64,000 nt of DNA, taken from the human T2T-CHM13v2.0 reference genome, Homo sapiens. The position numbers and the translations under genes were made by a program. This document shows, piece after piece, positions 28,660-42,900 of this stretch. The notes under the pieces were generated by a model. That model ran no database searches and was not told the origin of the DNA. It saw only the letters and a program-made list of their open reading frames with translations. Location of the stretch: assembly GCF_009914755.1 (NCBI RefSeq), contig NC_060931.1; one strand, 5' to 3'. Position 1 is the stretch's first letter. Each line of letters begins with the position of its first letter.

Positions 28660-29690
28660 CTCCTGAAATCTCTAACACCTCTCCTCTATCTTCATTTTTA
28701 GGTGATGAGCTTGTTTCCCACTTCACTGGAAAACAAAATGGGAATATTCAGAAGATAAGTTCCACAGCTCCCATAGCATCTTCCTATCTACCAGGATTTG
28801 GACCTTCTACACCCTGCTCCCATTAAGGAATTAGCCTTGCTCTTGTCCAAAACTAGCCTTTGCGTATGCCTTAGATCCTATCCCCCTTGCTTGCTCACAG
28901 GCTTTGCTCCAGCAATTCTCCCTATTTTTCCCCTATACCATCAGCTTCCTCTCTCTACTAGGTCATTTCCACCAGCACACAACAATACTGTCTCTCTCAT
29001 CTTAGAAATGGAAACTAACAAAATTGAGTTCACTTTTCCTTCTGACACTATCCCTTTTCTACCTCCCCCACTTTACAGCAAAACTCTTTGAAAGCTGCCT
29101 GAATTTCACTGCTTCCATTTCCTCTCCTCTTCTCACTTAAACCTACTGCTGCCAGAACCGGGACTCCACCACCTCACCAGACCCCTGCTTGTCAATATCA
29201 TCAATGACTTCCATCTTGCTAAATCCATTTCTTGTCCCCATTGAACTTGACCCTCAGTAACACCTTGTCAAATTAACCACTCCCTTCTCATGGAAATGAT
29301 TTCTTGTTTTCTAAGACACTACACATTTCGTTTTCCTTCAACACCCCTGGATGCTGCTTCCCAGTCTTGTCCCTTAACCTCCTAGCACTGAAGTGATGCA
29401 GGGCTCAGTCCACAGATCTCTTCATCTTTCCTGTTCACTCCATACTCACCCTCTTGGTAATTCCCTTCCAGTTTCATCGTTTAAATGGCATCTGTCTGCA
29501 AATGATTATCAAATGTATGCCTCCAGCCATGGCCACTGCTCTCAACGTTAGCTTATCCATCTAACTGTCAACTCTGTATCTCTACCTGGACGCCTGATGG
29601 AGGTCTCCAATGTACCATGCCCTAAACTGAAATTTTGATCTTCTTTATCCACAGAATCTGCTCGACCCTATCTCAGTTAAAGGTATCTAT
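28660..29690 (+). mobile_element. L2 fragment (about 1 kb)
   Basis: CACTTCACTGGAAAA, CAATGACTTCCATCTTGCTAAATCCA, CCCTATCTCAGTTAAAGG. Confidence 0.8.
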
Positions 29691-29892
29691 GCCCTGGTCT
29701 AGAAGGCCTTCAGTAATTAGAAAGCATGTATTTTGTGTGTATGCCTTGATAAGTGTTGACTGTAGCTATAGCAAGGGATAATTCATCATCAGGAAATGGT
29801 CAGGAGAGTGTCTCCAAATCTTTTAAGCATGCGCTAACCTTCATATATAGGGTCCTTGTATTACCTTTTCTCAAGTTGTACTATAATGTCCC

Positions 29893-29951
29893 GACCTTCA
29901 AAAGACCTTATCCTTGTACATTTGAGGACTCTTATCTTTCCTAATTAAAGT
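29893..29951 (+). repeat. Dispersed 58-59-bp repeat, copy D
   Basis: 52/59 ungapped identity to 20998-21056. Confidence 0.92.
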
Positions 29952-30389
29952 CAGATGGTTGTCTTGTGGGTTTTCTTCTTCCTTTCTCTTTTGTGAGCTG
30001 CCTCTTAACAGCTGTGGTGTGTTGCTAGTGAATTATCAGTGGACAGACGTGAGATTCCTTTATGATGTTAAATGACATATTACAGTGTTTTTTCTCCACA
30101 AACTACAAAAGCTAAACATCATAGACAATATTAAATCTTATGCAAGAGTTATCTATTTTACAAAACATTAGTTGATTTCTAAAATAGAGTTGCACATTTT
30201 TTTGGCTGTTTTCCTAACATGTGCTCTATTTCATGAGAAATATTTTCAGAGCATTAAATGATGGTTTCTGGTTTAAACGTTTTAGACAACAAACAACAGC
30301 AAAAAATTTTCTCTGACCTTAAATGCTGGAATGAGGTAATCATTATTAAGGAACAGCTAAATTAAAATTAAGGCATGCCAGTGTAATCA

Positions 30390-30895
30390 TTGACTCAGGC
30401 AAGGGTCATCAACAGATGCGTATACCATTGAAGAATACATTACATGGTTTCAAGTTATCATTATACAGATTACTTATTAATTACAATGGAGAGAATTGCA
30501 AGACACCACCTAACTAAGTGATGTAAACAGGCATCATTAATAATAAGACAAACTGTCATTTTGTGCCTCCTGATACGATGGGGAAGTTTATAACATCACT
30601 TGCTTAGAATTCTTACCAAAAATATTTAACCTGAATATGACCAGGGGGAAACAAACAAAAAAAATGAAAAATCCAGCAATAATAATACTATAATTACATA
30701 GGAACAAGTCCTTTGTCTAAGAATATGCATTTGAGCCTGAAGTATCATAATAAGCACAACTCACTGTCAAATAGTTCACTGATGGGGGGTGCAAATTGTT
30801 GACAGTTGTTGAATCTAGACAAAGAGTATATAGGTATTCATTGTACTCTTCTTTCCAATTTTCTGTAAGTTTGACATTTTTCAAAATAAAAAGAG
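30390..30895 (+). mobile_element. L1MC/ME 3'UTR
   Basis: ACACCACCTAACTAAGTGAT...GTATTCATTGTACTCTTCTTTCCAATTTTCTGTAAGTTTGA...AAAATAAAAA. Confidence 0.75.
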
Positions 30896-32140
30896 GAAAA
30901 GTCATAAATTAGCGGTTCTGGGAAGAGAAAATATCAGTTGTTACAGTCATATATCTCTGTAACCTGCACTCACTGCAATGTTTCATTGAGATTTATTAAA
31001 AATGACAAGAAGATATGTCTACCTCAAAACTCCAGCAGAACATTTTTCTCAAGATGGTAGACTAAGCCACCATTAAAACTAAAGATGTTATTTGAGCTAA
31101 AGGAATAATAAACACAGTCACCGTCTACCTACTCTCTCAAACTAGCAGGTTCATTCACTCTTAACTCCTCCCCTCTTCCACCTTCCAGCCCCCATGTTTA
31201 ATCAACCAGTTACCAAATACTGAAGATTCTACCTCACAATCTCCCCCAAATTTAGCATCTCTTCTCCATGCATCAGGTACTACATGATTACCAGGAAGAC
31301 TCCATGACTGTGTGCATGCCAGTCTTCTGTAGGGAACACCTTCCCTTCCTTCTCTCTCAAGTGACTTTCGTCTCCATTCAGGTTCAAAGCCATCTGCTCT
31401 GTGGAGATGGAGGCTTGTTGCTCCTTCTGCTGGTTCCCACTGCGTTTTGCGTTTCCTATAGCACATCTCCCATAGGGCTGTGCTGTGCTCTGACTGGATG
31501 TTTCCGTGTCTTACCACTGGACTGTACCTCATGGATCTTTGGTCCCAGTTCCTACCACTGCTAACAGGCACACAATGATGTTCAAATTATATTTGTAGGA
31601 ATTAATGAGGAAACCAGGGAAGACAAGATAAGCTAATCGTGAACTAAAATGAAAAAACTTGTTTTAAACAAGACTGTTTCTAAAGTTATACTGGCCCAAA
31701 TTGTACATCTAGTCTGTTATAATCTTTATTTTAAAGCTTTCTAAGGGAATCAAGATAAGGTTAAGTTGATGCACTGTGAGAATGTAGAAGGCAGACGTTT
31801 TGAATACTGGGTTCTGTGAAAATAACTCTGTTACAACAGAAAATCTCGTAAGGCATGGATTGTAAGGGAACAGGTCTTAGGGAAATAGGTTTGTCCAGTA
31901 TGTCAGAATTTTGGAAGAATAAAGGCTGGAGAAATAAGGCTAACTGGAGTGGGAGTGACCCTAGAAATTTCCAGTCCTTGCCTCTGAGATCCTTACCCCA
32001 TTGCTGACCAGGAGAGTCATATGTTGTGATGCATCACGGAGGAGTCACTAGCAATGTTTCTCTCACTCTTATGTCTTTTAGAAACTGTTTAGGAGGAATG
32101 GGAAACAAGATTTTCATGCTGTCACCCATTCAAGTTCACT

Positions 32141-32451
32141 TTTTGTGTTTGTTTTTAAGAGATAGGGTATGGCTCTGTCATGCAGGCTGGAGTGCAGTGG
32201 CATGATCACAGCTCACTGCAACTCAAATTCCTGGGCTCAAGAAACCCTCCCATCTCAGTCTCCTGAGTATCTAGAACTACAGGTGCACCACCATGCCCAG
32301 CTACATGTGGTTGTTGTTGTTGTTGCTTTTGTTGTAGATACAGGGTCCTGCCAGTTGCCCAGGCTGGTCTCAAACTGCTGTCCTCAAGTGATCCTCCTGC
32401 CTTGGCCTCCCAGAGCACTGGGATTACAGATGTGAACTATCGTGCCTGGTC
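32141..32451 (-). mobile_element. AluJ
   Basis: Antisense dimer with J diagnostics and (GTT)n linker; imperfect TSD ATTCAAGTTCACT/ACTTAAGTTCAGT. Confidence 0.93.
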
Positions 32452-32669
32452 ACTTAAGTTCAGTTTTAATGCAGCTGTTCTGTGATAAAAGGCTGTTCAG
32501 TTCTGTGACAAAAGACTTCCAGAAAACTTCTTCAGCATCCTGTGTAGCAGTGTGCAAGGGCATACAAATATTTTTTTGAAAATAATATATTTACAAGGGA
32601 GCAACTGGGAATCAAAACCATATCTAACATTAAATTTCATTTCCAATATGAATGGATTTAAAAGCACAG

Positions 32670-32849
32670 GGGCAATATTGTGTTTAATGGGTACAGAGTT
32701 TCAGTTTGGGATGACGAAAATGTTCTAGAGATTGATGGTAATGACGGTTGCACAACCACATGAATGCACTTAATGCCATTGAATTGTATAGTTTAAATGG
32801 TTAGAATGGTAATTTTTATGTTATATATATTTTACCACAATTAAAAAAA
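32670..32849 (+). mobile_element. L1MB 3' end
   Basis: GTTTAATGGGTACAGAGTTTCAGTTTGGGATGA...TTTTACCACAATTAAAAA. Confidence 0.9.
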
Positions 32850-35540
32850 CATGAACGGAGAAACATCTTGAGTTAAAGAGAGATATTTTTAGATTTGCCA
32901 AACCACAGATTTTTGAAAAGCTGTTTGGAAAATTCTGAGGGAATCTCTCTTTCCATCCTGGCTCTGATGAATTCACTTATATTGTTGCATGACATTGCTC
33001 AGAGTTGGGGGGATGGGGAGAGTCTCATAGTTTAAACTTTCCTCTATGTGGAGATCTGATTCTAAAACATAAGATCCACAAGATAGTCTCAAATCTCTTT
33101 TCAAGGGCCCTACTTCTGCCAAGCTCAAGCTTCCTGGTCTGTGCCAGACAGGGTGCCCATTCACCAGGATTTCCTCTCATCTCTCCTCACTTGTGGATAT
33201 TACTACCCAGGACATGGCCCTGGTAGATTTTGGGTCCAGGGAAGAGGAGGTGCATGTTACCTGGCACATCATAACTATATTTTTGTCAAATGTTGAATAA
33301 ATGTGTGTGTGCACAGGAAGCATTCAAAAGCAGAGGATGCTTTTTGAAAAAAACTTTGCCTGTGAGCTAAAAATGTAAACCTTATTTAGGATTGTCCTCC
33401 TGTGTCTAAGGATTTGTTGATATAACACCTTTGCTTATAGCATTAGTATTGTGATGAGAGAAGTCTAACAGAATGTATTTTTTAAAAACAGTGAGCTCTT
33501 AAAGATCATCCTGAAAAGTTTCTCCTCTCCTCCTCTGGAGTTGCCAAGCTTTCTTCTCTTTTTTACAATTGTTCACATGGACTCTGCATTTCTTTGCTGA
33601 AAGAAGGGAACCCTGTCTCTTTTAGATATACTTTCTAGGGTTACATTGAAATAATCTACTTTAAAGCCGAGACCCTAAAGACCTCAAGGCATAGGTAGAC
33701 ACTGAGGCACAATGGCCATATATTATATAACAATTGCCATATTACTGAATGAATGCAAAGGGAACCCAATGATACATGTGAATGTCCATTTTTGTTGGAA
33801 GAATATCTGGCATGTTTCCCTGTTATACTCTAGAATTGTAGAGACAATGCAGATGTTTCTCTCAACAAGAGCTTTCCAAAATTTTCCTGACAATGATGTG
33901 TTTGGGCTGACAAAGATGGTGCCAACACCACTCTGGCCTCTCATCCTATTTCCCCTTTCACTCTTCACAGTGTCTTGAGCACAGACAACCCTTTATCTTG
34001 GATGGTCTCTGAGAACCCTGTTTTTTCCCCTGCATTGGCAGCTTTCCCTTATATACTGATTTTTTAATATATTACTATCATTATTAATAGTACCAATGAT
34101 AATAATATTTTCCTTCTGTGCACCAGCTACTTTGCATATAATATCATGTTTCAATCCCAAGAGGTAGAATAGATATTGTCAGTTACACTTTCTAGATGCA
34201 GAAATTAAAGAGAAGCGAAGGGACATAGTTAGTCCAAATCTCTGTGATGTATTTAATGTGCTGTGTATGCTGCTTGAGACTTCATCATACTGTGTAGGCC
34301 CAACTTTGGATCTGCAAACAGGTAGCACCTACATTCAAGGTTGGGAGGTCTTTCTTCCTCAGAATCCTTTCTTATTCTTCAGCCTTTTCTTAGAAAACCC
34401 TGTTGTTCTATCCAATAGGAAAGCAAGTTTAATGTAAATAACATCTAAAGAACACTTTCCAGACTTTTACCAGCTGCGGGAAACAAAGAAGGCATATAAT
34501 GCTGAAAAGCACTAAGGTATCAAGAACACATCTTAACTCTATATGAACTGATCACACATAATTTGGTACTCTAAGCACACTTCACAATATTTTTCATTTT
34601 TGTAATCCCAAGTAGCCTGGCTACATGTATGGCAATAAATTACCTTCAAAAAGAAATTCAGTGTCAGCTAGAGGGGTTAAAAAACTATTTGAAAATAAAA
34701 GGACAAAATATTTAATTTATTAGGAATCATCAACTACTTTTATCTGAATTCCACTGGATAAAATGAAGAACCAGAATGTATCCCCCTGTTTTATTTCTTG
34801 TGTGTATGTGTTCCTTTGTTGTCAATAACAAAGAGTAGGAGGGGCTTAGCACTTAGCATTATCAGAAAATATAATATTTTGAGAAGAGGCAGAGCAAGAT
34901 GGCCGAATAGAAGCCTCCAGCAATCATTCTTCCCGCAGGAACACTAAATTGCACAACTATCCACACATAAAAGTACTTTCATAAGATCCAAAAATCAGGT
35001 GAGTAATCACAGTACCTGGTTTTAACTTCATATCACTGAAAGAAGCACTGGAGAGGGTAGGAAAGATAGTCTTGAACTGCCAACACCACTCCTCTCTCAT
35101 TCTCCAGCAGCAGGCTTATGCCTCAGAGAAAGAATCTGTGCACTTGGGTGAGGGACAGCACAATGACTGTAGGACTTTGCATTGGAACTCAGTACACCAG
35201 GCAGAACTCAGCCAGCACCTATGGAGGAAGCATTTAGTCTAAACCTAGCCAGAGGGGAATCATCTCTTCTCCAGTCACAACCTGAGTTCCCACAGCCCTG
35301 CTACCATGGGCTAAAGTGCTCTGGGGTTCTAAGGAAACTCAAAAGGCAGTCTGGGCCACAAGGACTGCAATTTCTTCACAAGTCATGGTGCTGTGCTGGA
35401 CTCGGAGCCCGGGGACTTGAGGGGGCATGCAACCTAGTGAGACACCAGCTGGAGTGGCTAAGGGAGTGCTTGCCCTACTCCTCCTTCTACCCCAGGCAGT
35501 GAAGCTCACAGCTCTAGGAGAGATTCCTTACCTCCGCTTG

Positions 35541-35589
35541 AGGAGAGGAGAGGAGAGGAGAGGAGAGGAGAGGAGAGGAGAGGAGAGGA
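35541..35589. repeat. (AGGAG)9+ pentanucleotide repeat in the L1 5'UTR
   Basis: Directly visible. Confidence 0.96.
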
Positions 35590-36079
35590 AGAGTAAAGAG
35601 GACTTTGTCTTGCAACTTAGGTACCAGCTCAACAACACTTGGTTACAGCACCAAGAAGGCTTGTAGGATTCCAGATTCCTTGGCTATGGAAAGGCATTTC
35701 TGGATCTGCCCTGGGCCAACTGGGGAGCCCACTGCATTGAAGGGAGAGTCCCAGGCCTTGCAACATTCAACACAAGCTGACAGAAGAACCCATGGGCCTT
35801 GAATAATCATCAGGGATAGCCAGGCAGTACTCACTGCAGGCCTGGGATGGTGGTTGCTATGGGAAGAGACTCCTCTGTTTGTGAAAAGAAGAGAGAAAAG
35901 TGGAAAGGACTGTTTTGTGGCTTGAGTGCCAGATCAGCCACAGTAGAATAGAGCACCAGGTAGACTTCTAAGGTTTCCAATTCCAGGCCCTGGCTCCTGG
36001 ATGGTATCTTTGACCTGACCAGGACTTTGGGAACTTGCTGCCCTGAAGAGAAGGAAACTAGGCTGGCTGACTTTGCCAC

Positions 36080-39000
36080 ATAGATGGAAAATATAGGGAT
36101 GGAAAAAGATGTCCCATGCAAATGGAAACAAAAAAAAATCAGTAGTGACCATACATATATCAGATAAAATAGATTCCAACACAAAAACTATAAAAAGAAA
36201 CAAATAAGGTCATTATATAATGATAAAGGGGTCAATTTAGCAAGAGGATATAACAATTGTAAATATATATGCACTCAATACTGGAGCACTTTGATATATA
36301 AAGCAAATATTAGCGCTAAAGAGAGAGACAGACCCCAATACAATAATAGCTGGAGACCTGAACACCCACTTTTAGCACTGGACAGATAATCCAGACACAA
36401 AGTCAATAAAGAAACATCAGACTTAATCTGCACTATAGACCTAATAGCTATTTATAGAGCATTTCATCCAATGGCTGCAGAATATAGGTCCTTCTCCTTA
36501 GCATATGAATCATTTTCAAGTATAGATCATATGTTAGGCCACCAAAGTTTTAAAACATTCAAAAAAACTGAAATCCCATCAAGTATTTTCTCTGACCACA
36601 ATGGATTAAAACTAGAAATCAATAAAAAGAATTTTGGAAACTATACAAACATATAAAAATCAAACAATATGCTCCTGAATGACCAGTGGGTCAATGAAAA
36701 AATTAAGAAGGAAATTGAAAACTTTCCTGAAATGAAAAACAATGAAAACATAACATACCAAAACCTATGGGATATAGCAAAAGTAATAGTAAGAGGAAAG
36801 TTTATAGCTATAAATGCCTACATCAAGAAAAGTAGAAAAACTTCAAATAAACAGCCTAATAATGCATCTTAAAGAACTAGAAAAGCAAGAGCAAACCAAA
36901 CACCAAATTAGTAGAAGAAAAGAAATGATAAAGATCAGAACAGAAATAAATGACGTTGAAGCAAATAAAACCATACAAAAGATCAATGAAACAGAAGATT
37001 GTTTTTTTTTAAAAGATTAACACAATTGACAAACCTTTAGCCAGAACTAACTGAGAAAAAAAGATAACAGGCCCAAATAAATAAAGTCAGAGGTGAAAAA
37101 GAAGACATTACAACTGATACTGCAGGAATTCAAAAAATCATTAGTGGCTACTATGAGTAACTATATGCAAATAAATTGGAATATCTAAAAGAAATGGATA
37201 AATTCCTAGACAAATACAAGCTACCAAGATTGAACGAAGAAGAAATCTGAAACTGAACAGATCAATAACAAATAACAAGATTGAAGCTGTAATAAAAAGT
37301 CTCCCAATAAAGAAAAACCAGGGACACAATGGCTTCACTGCTGAATTTTACAAAACATTTGAAGAAGAACTAATACCAATCTTACTCAAACTACTCCTAA
37401 AAATAGATGAGAGAATACTTCCAAACTCATTCTATAAGGCCAGTATTACCCTGATACCAAAACTAGACAAAGACATATCAAGAATAAAAAAACTACAGGC
37501 CAATATCCCTGATGATCATTAATGCAAAAATCCTCAACAAAATATTAGCGAGTTGAATTCAACAACACATTAAAAAGATCATTCATCATCCGGGCGTGGT
37601 GGCTCAAGCCTGTAATCCCAGCACTTTGGGAGGCCGATGGGGGCGGATCACAAGGTCAGGAGATCGAGACCATCCTGGCTAACACGGTGAAACCCTGTCT
37701 CTACTAAAAAAATGCAAAAAACTAGCTGGGCGTGGTGGCAGGTTGTCTGTAGTCCCAGCTATTCGGGAGGCTGAGGTGGGAGAATGGTGTGAACCCGGGA
37801 GGCAGAGCTTGCATGAGCAGATATCGTGCCACTGAACTCCAGCCTGGGTGACAGAGCAAGACTCCGTCTCAAAAAAAAAAAAAAAAAATCATTTATTATG
37901 GCCAAATGGGATTTATCCCACGAAGACAAGGATGGTTCAACACAGGTATATCAACAAAATGAAGGACAAAAACCATATGATCATTTCGATTGATGCTGAA
38001 AAGGCATGTGATAAAATTCAATGCCCCATTCATGATAAAAACCCACAAAAAACTGGGAATAGAGGAAACATACCTCAACACAATAAAAGCATAAATGACA
38101 GACTCACAGCTAGTATCATACTGGATAGGGAAAAACTGAAAGTCTTTCCTCTAAGATATGGAACACTACAAAGATGCTCACCTTCACCACTGTTATTCAA
38201 CATAGTACTGAAAGTCCTAGCTAGAGCAATCAGACAAGAGGAAGAAATAAAGGGCATCGAAATTCGAAAGGATAAGTCAATTATCATTGTTTGGAGATGA
38301 TATGGTCTTATATTTGGAAAAATCTAAAGACTCCACCAAAAACTATTAGGACTGATAAACAAATTCAATAAGGTTACAGGATATAAAATTAACATACGAA
38401 AGTCAGTAACATTTCTGTATGCCAACAGCAAACAATCTGAAAAAGAAATAAAAAATTAATCCCATTTACAATAGCTACAAATGAAATGAAATACCTAGGA
38501 ATTAACCAAATAAATGAAAGATTTCTATGATGTATAGATACTGGTAAAAGCAATTGAAGAGGACACCACAAAGGGGAAAGAGATTCCATGTTCATGGACT
38601 GGAAGAATCAATATTGTTAAAATGTCCGTACTACCCAAAGCAATCTACAGATTCATTTCAATCTCTATCAAAATACCGGTGGTGGCATGCTTCACAGAAA
38701 TAGAAAAAGTATTTCTAAATTTTATATGCAATCACAAAAGACTCAAAATAGCCAAAGTCATCCTGAGCAAAAAGAACAAAACTGGAGGAACCACATCACC
38801 TGACTTCAAATTATAATACAAAGCTATAGTAACCAGAACAGCATGGTTCTGGCATAAATACAGACACATAGACAATGGAACAGAAGAGAGAACCCAGAAA
38901 TAAATCCATACATCTACAGTAAGCTCAGTTTTGACAAAGATGCCAAAAACATATGTCGGAAAAAAAGAGTCTCTTCAACAAATGGCACTGGGAAAACTGG

Positions 39001-39990
39001 ATATCCATATGCAAAAGAATGAAACTAGACCCCTATCTCTTGCCATATGCAAAAATCAAATCAAAATGGATTAAAGGCTTAAATCTAAACCTCAAACTAT
39101 GAAACTACTAAAACAAAACATTCAGAAAACTCTCCAGGACATTAGTCTGGACAAGTATTTCTTGAGTAATACCCCACAAGCATAGGCAACCGAAACAAAA
39201 ATGGACAAATGGGATCACATCAAGTTAAAAAATCTTCTGCATTACAAAGGAAATAATCAACAAAGTGAAGAGACAACCCACAGAATGGGAAAAAAATACT
39301 AGCAAACTATATATCTGACAAAGGATTAAGAACTAGAATATATAAGGAGCTCGAACAACTCAGTAGGAAAAAAAATCTAATAGTCTGATTTTTAAAATGG
39401 CAAAAAGATCTGAATAGACATTTCCCAAAAAAGGACATATAAATGGCAAACAGGCCTAGAAAACGTGCTCAACATCATTGATCATTGGAGAAATGCAAAT
39501 CAAAAGTACAATGAGATATCATCTCACCCCAGTTAAAATGGCGTATATCCAAAAAACAGGCAATAACTAATGCAGGTGAGGATATGGAGAAAAGGGAACC
39601 CTCATACACTGTTGGTGGGATTGTAAATTAGTACAATCATAATGAACAACAGTTTGGAGGTTCCTCAAAAAGCTAACAATAAAAGTACCGTATGATCCAG
39701 CAATCCTACTGCTAGGTATATACCCAAAAGAAAGGAAACCAGTATATCAAAGCGATGTCTGCACTCCCATATTATTCACAGTAGCCAAGATTTGGAAGCA
39801 ACCTAAGTGTCCACCAACAGACGAATGAATAAAGAAAATGTGGCATATATACACAATTGAGTACTACTCAGCCACAAAAAAATAATGAGATTCTGTCATT
39901 TGCAACATGGATGGAACTACAGGTCATTATGTTAAATGAAATAAGCCAGACACAGAAAGGAAAACCTCATATGTTCTCAGTTATTTGTCA
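36080..39990 (+). pseudogene. Disabled L1 ORF2 (endonuclease/reverse transcriptase)
   Basis: ORF fragments 36471-36656, 36669-36872, 36814-37020, 37848-38300 and 38622-38816 resemble L1 ORF2p; many stops and frameshifts. Confidence 0.9.
37590..37888 (+). mobile_element. AluY with Old World monkey-type diagnostics, inserted in L1 ORF2
   Basis: GGCTCAAGCC and AAAAAACTAGC; imperfect TSD AAAGATCATTCATCAT/AAAAATCATTTATTAT. Confidence 0.95.
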
Positions 39991-42900
39991 GAGCTAAAAA
40001 TTAAAACAGTTGAACTTACGGAGATAGAGAGTAGTATGATGGTTACCAGAGACTGGGAAGAGTAGTGGGTGGGCTGAGTGGGGATGGTTAATGAGTACAA
40101 AAATAGAGTTAGATAGAATGAAAAAGATCTAGTATTTGCTAACATAACAGAATGACTACAGTCAACAATAATTTATTATACATTAAAAATATATAAAAGA
40201 GTATAGTTGTTGGATTGTTTGTAACACAAAGAAAGGATGACTGCTTGAGGTGATGGAAACCCCATTTACCCTGATGTGATTATTACACATTGCATGCCTG
40301 TATCAAAATATCTCATGTACCCAAGAAATATATACCCCTACTATGTACCCACAAAAATTAAAAATTAAAGAAAAAAATAGAATTTTTAACTTTTACTGGA
40401 AGTTCAAAAAGATATATAATGCAGTGCAGTATTCAAATGCAGCTGTTGAGTGTTGATGATAGATAGCATGTATTAACATACACAACATAGCAAGACTAAA
40501 TCTGCAATTTCAAGGAAAGTTTTTCTATTCATGAACACACATCTTAATATTTTATGTAAACCCCAAAGTAAGAAAAACAGCAGGGTTCCCATTCATTGAG
40601 CACTAAGGGCTTAATCCTATAATCTTTGGGAAATTGATACTGAAAGATATTGACCTGGGAGTCTGGGGACCTCAACTCCAGTTTCAACTCTGCCTTTTAG
40701 TCTGTAATCTTGGACAAGAAGTCTAAGGGGTTTTTGCCTTCATTTTCTTATATGTAAAACATGGCGACCTAAAATGCTATTACAGGCCTTCCCACCTCTA
40801 ACTTCCTTAATGTTTTCATTTGTACATAGACTGGAGTTATCACATGGAAACAACTTCCAGGAACTTCAAACACTTTATTCTAGTTGATCTAAATGTTAGA
40901 AAAAGATCAAAACTAACTGTTCACTCTACTCTAAATTTCTTTTATAAAATGGCTTTATGGGGGAAATGTGAACAGTTTGACTTAGTATCTTTTTGCTCAA
41001 CTTTAAAAATAATTATACTACTAACTGGCATTTATTAAATACTTACTATTTGGCAGGTACTCTAAATGCTAATGCTTTACATACACTATTTTATATTTTA
41101 TATTTTACATCTCCCTTATTAGATGAAGCAACTGAGGCTTAGAAGATTATATGGCTGTCAGCAGACCATTCAGCTCTTTCAAATCCAAGTCTATTTCTTT
41201 CTGAAGCATTCACTAGGAATAATTATTATATAATATAATTATATAATTATATTACAGGATGTAGGGCTTTACTCTTCAAAAAGTGTAGAGATCTATTAAA
41301 ATATAAACAGTACTTCAACAAATGTAAGAAGTTAACTCTCAAACTAACAATTCATTATGCACATACTTTCATCAGTAACTCCCTACCATTTAATATTACA
41401 GTTTTTTTACAGTAGTAAGAAAGGAAACTGAAGTAATATTTTGTGTGCTTCAAGTAAGAAAGGAAGTAGGGGGAGAGCAATGGTTGAATCCATTTGAATT
41501 CAATTCTAGTGCAGCCAATCTTTTACGGAAATGAGGTTATAATATAAATGAATGTACACTTGTGCTAGAGAGAAACATACATTGTCTTCAAAGTTATTCA
41601 ATTTATATTGCTACTCGGTTGTTAAAGTGTTGGTGAAGTAGCATGTATATAAATATGACACCAGTGACAGCTATAAAGATAAACCTTTTACATTGTAACT
41701 TCTCAATTTAAGCACACAAGACAGTTTGGGGAATAAATCATGATAACGGTAGCCACTACATTTACATGAAAATGAATAAATGTTCTATAGCATCAGTTTA
41801 TTAACCTGTAATGCGTAGATACTTTATCATCACTTTGTAGATTTTTTGAAATGCCTTGGCACAGTTGTGTTACAGATAATGCAGCCTCATCTGGTTGCTA
41901 AGAAATTAATTTTATTACCTAAGAAATTGATTTTCTCAGCACCCAATAGTAAGTAAGACTGCAAGAATGCATGACTGACCCAACACATTAACGAGCTATG
42001 TGACAAACCCAGTGGGAGTATGTTCACTCATATTATTCCTTTATCTGGGGAATATAAGAAGGGATAAAGATTATATACAGACAGGGAGAGGGAATAAAGG
42101 TGATAAAAGCCCTCAGGCCACAGTGATGAGGCACTTCTGGGAGGAAGTTCCCAGGAATCTTCCATGTCGTCAATATTATGGGAATGCTTCTTATCCAGGA
42201 GAGGAAGGCCCACAGGCAGCCCTCAACATGGCATATTGTAATAGCCATTTCTGCAGCGTGATATGAGGGTCAGTGCAAGATCCTTTGGTCCCATATTTTT
42301 TACTATGACATACCCTGTTGCTCAATGGTTCCATTATGCTGGATTTGCCCAAGAATGAAGGCTTTAATTTCAGGAAGCTCTAAAGTGCAAAAAAAGAAAC
42401 AAGAGGATTGTCCAAAGAATAACCCTAGGAATTTCTCTTGGTTGCACAGCAACCAGGCAGCTGGAAGTCCCTTCCCCTCCTGCTGGAGAGGCTGGACATC
42501 CCATTTTGTGTCCAGGGAAAAAGAGGAACCAAGACCTCCAAGTATTGCCCAGCACTCCTCTAAACAGCTGGTACCCAAGCACAGACTAGCACCTGAGCCT
42601 AAAATTGGCTGTGCAAAGACATTCTCATATTTGGTCTGTTAAATAAAAAAACAACAGAGGGGGAGGTCCCTCTCCTGGAGCAGAGCCCTAGAGTACATCC
42701 AGCCTACCTCTCTACAGGATGCTGAGAGAACAAGGAACCCAGGCATCTACTTACCGACTCTTCTGCCCACAAATTCCAGCCATTATCTGGTTACATCGGT
42801 GGTGTTTGCTTGAGCTCTTTGCATAACATTTCATGAATAACGGAGCTCAAGGAGCCTTAGGGGTTGGCTAGACCAAGCCCCAGAGGGATGTAGTGACAAG

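Larger units (their letters stand above)
34881..40375 (+). mobile_element. L1MA (about MA2-3): 5'UTR, decayed ORF2 and 3'UTR; ORF1 deleted
   Basis: 5' AAGATGGCCGAATAGAAGCC; ORF2 peptides ([29 protein letters not shown]); L1MA 3'UTR; imperfect TSD AAAATATAATATTT/AAAATAGAATTTTT. Confidence 0.93.

Noticed and set aside
29756-29782. TTGACT-N15-GATAAT sigma70-like promoter
   Set aside because: Primate DNA and suboptimal spacing; chance.
40861-40890. GAACTTCAAACACTTTATTCTAGT similarity to copy D
   Set aside because: Short; a rough estimate puts it within chance expectation for this window.
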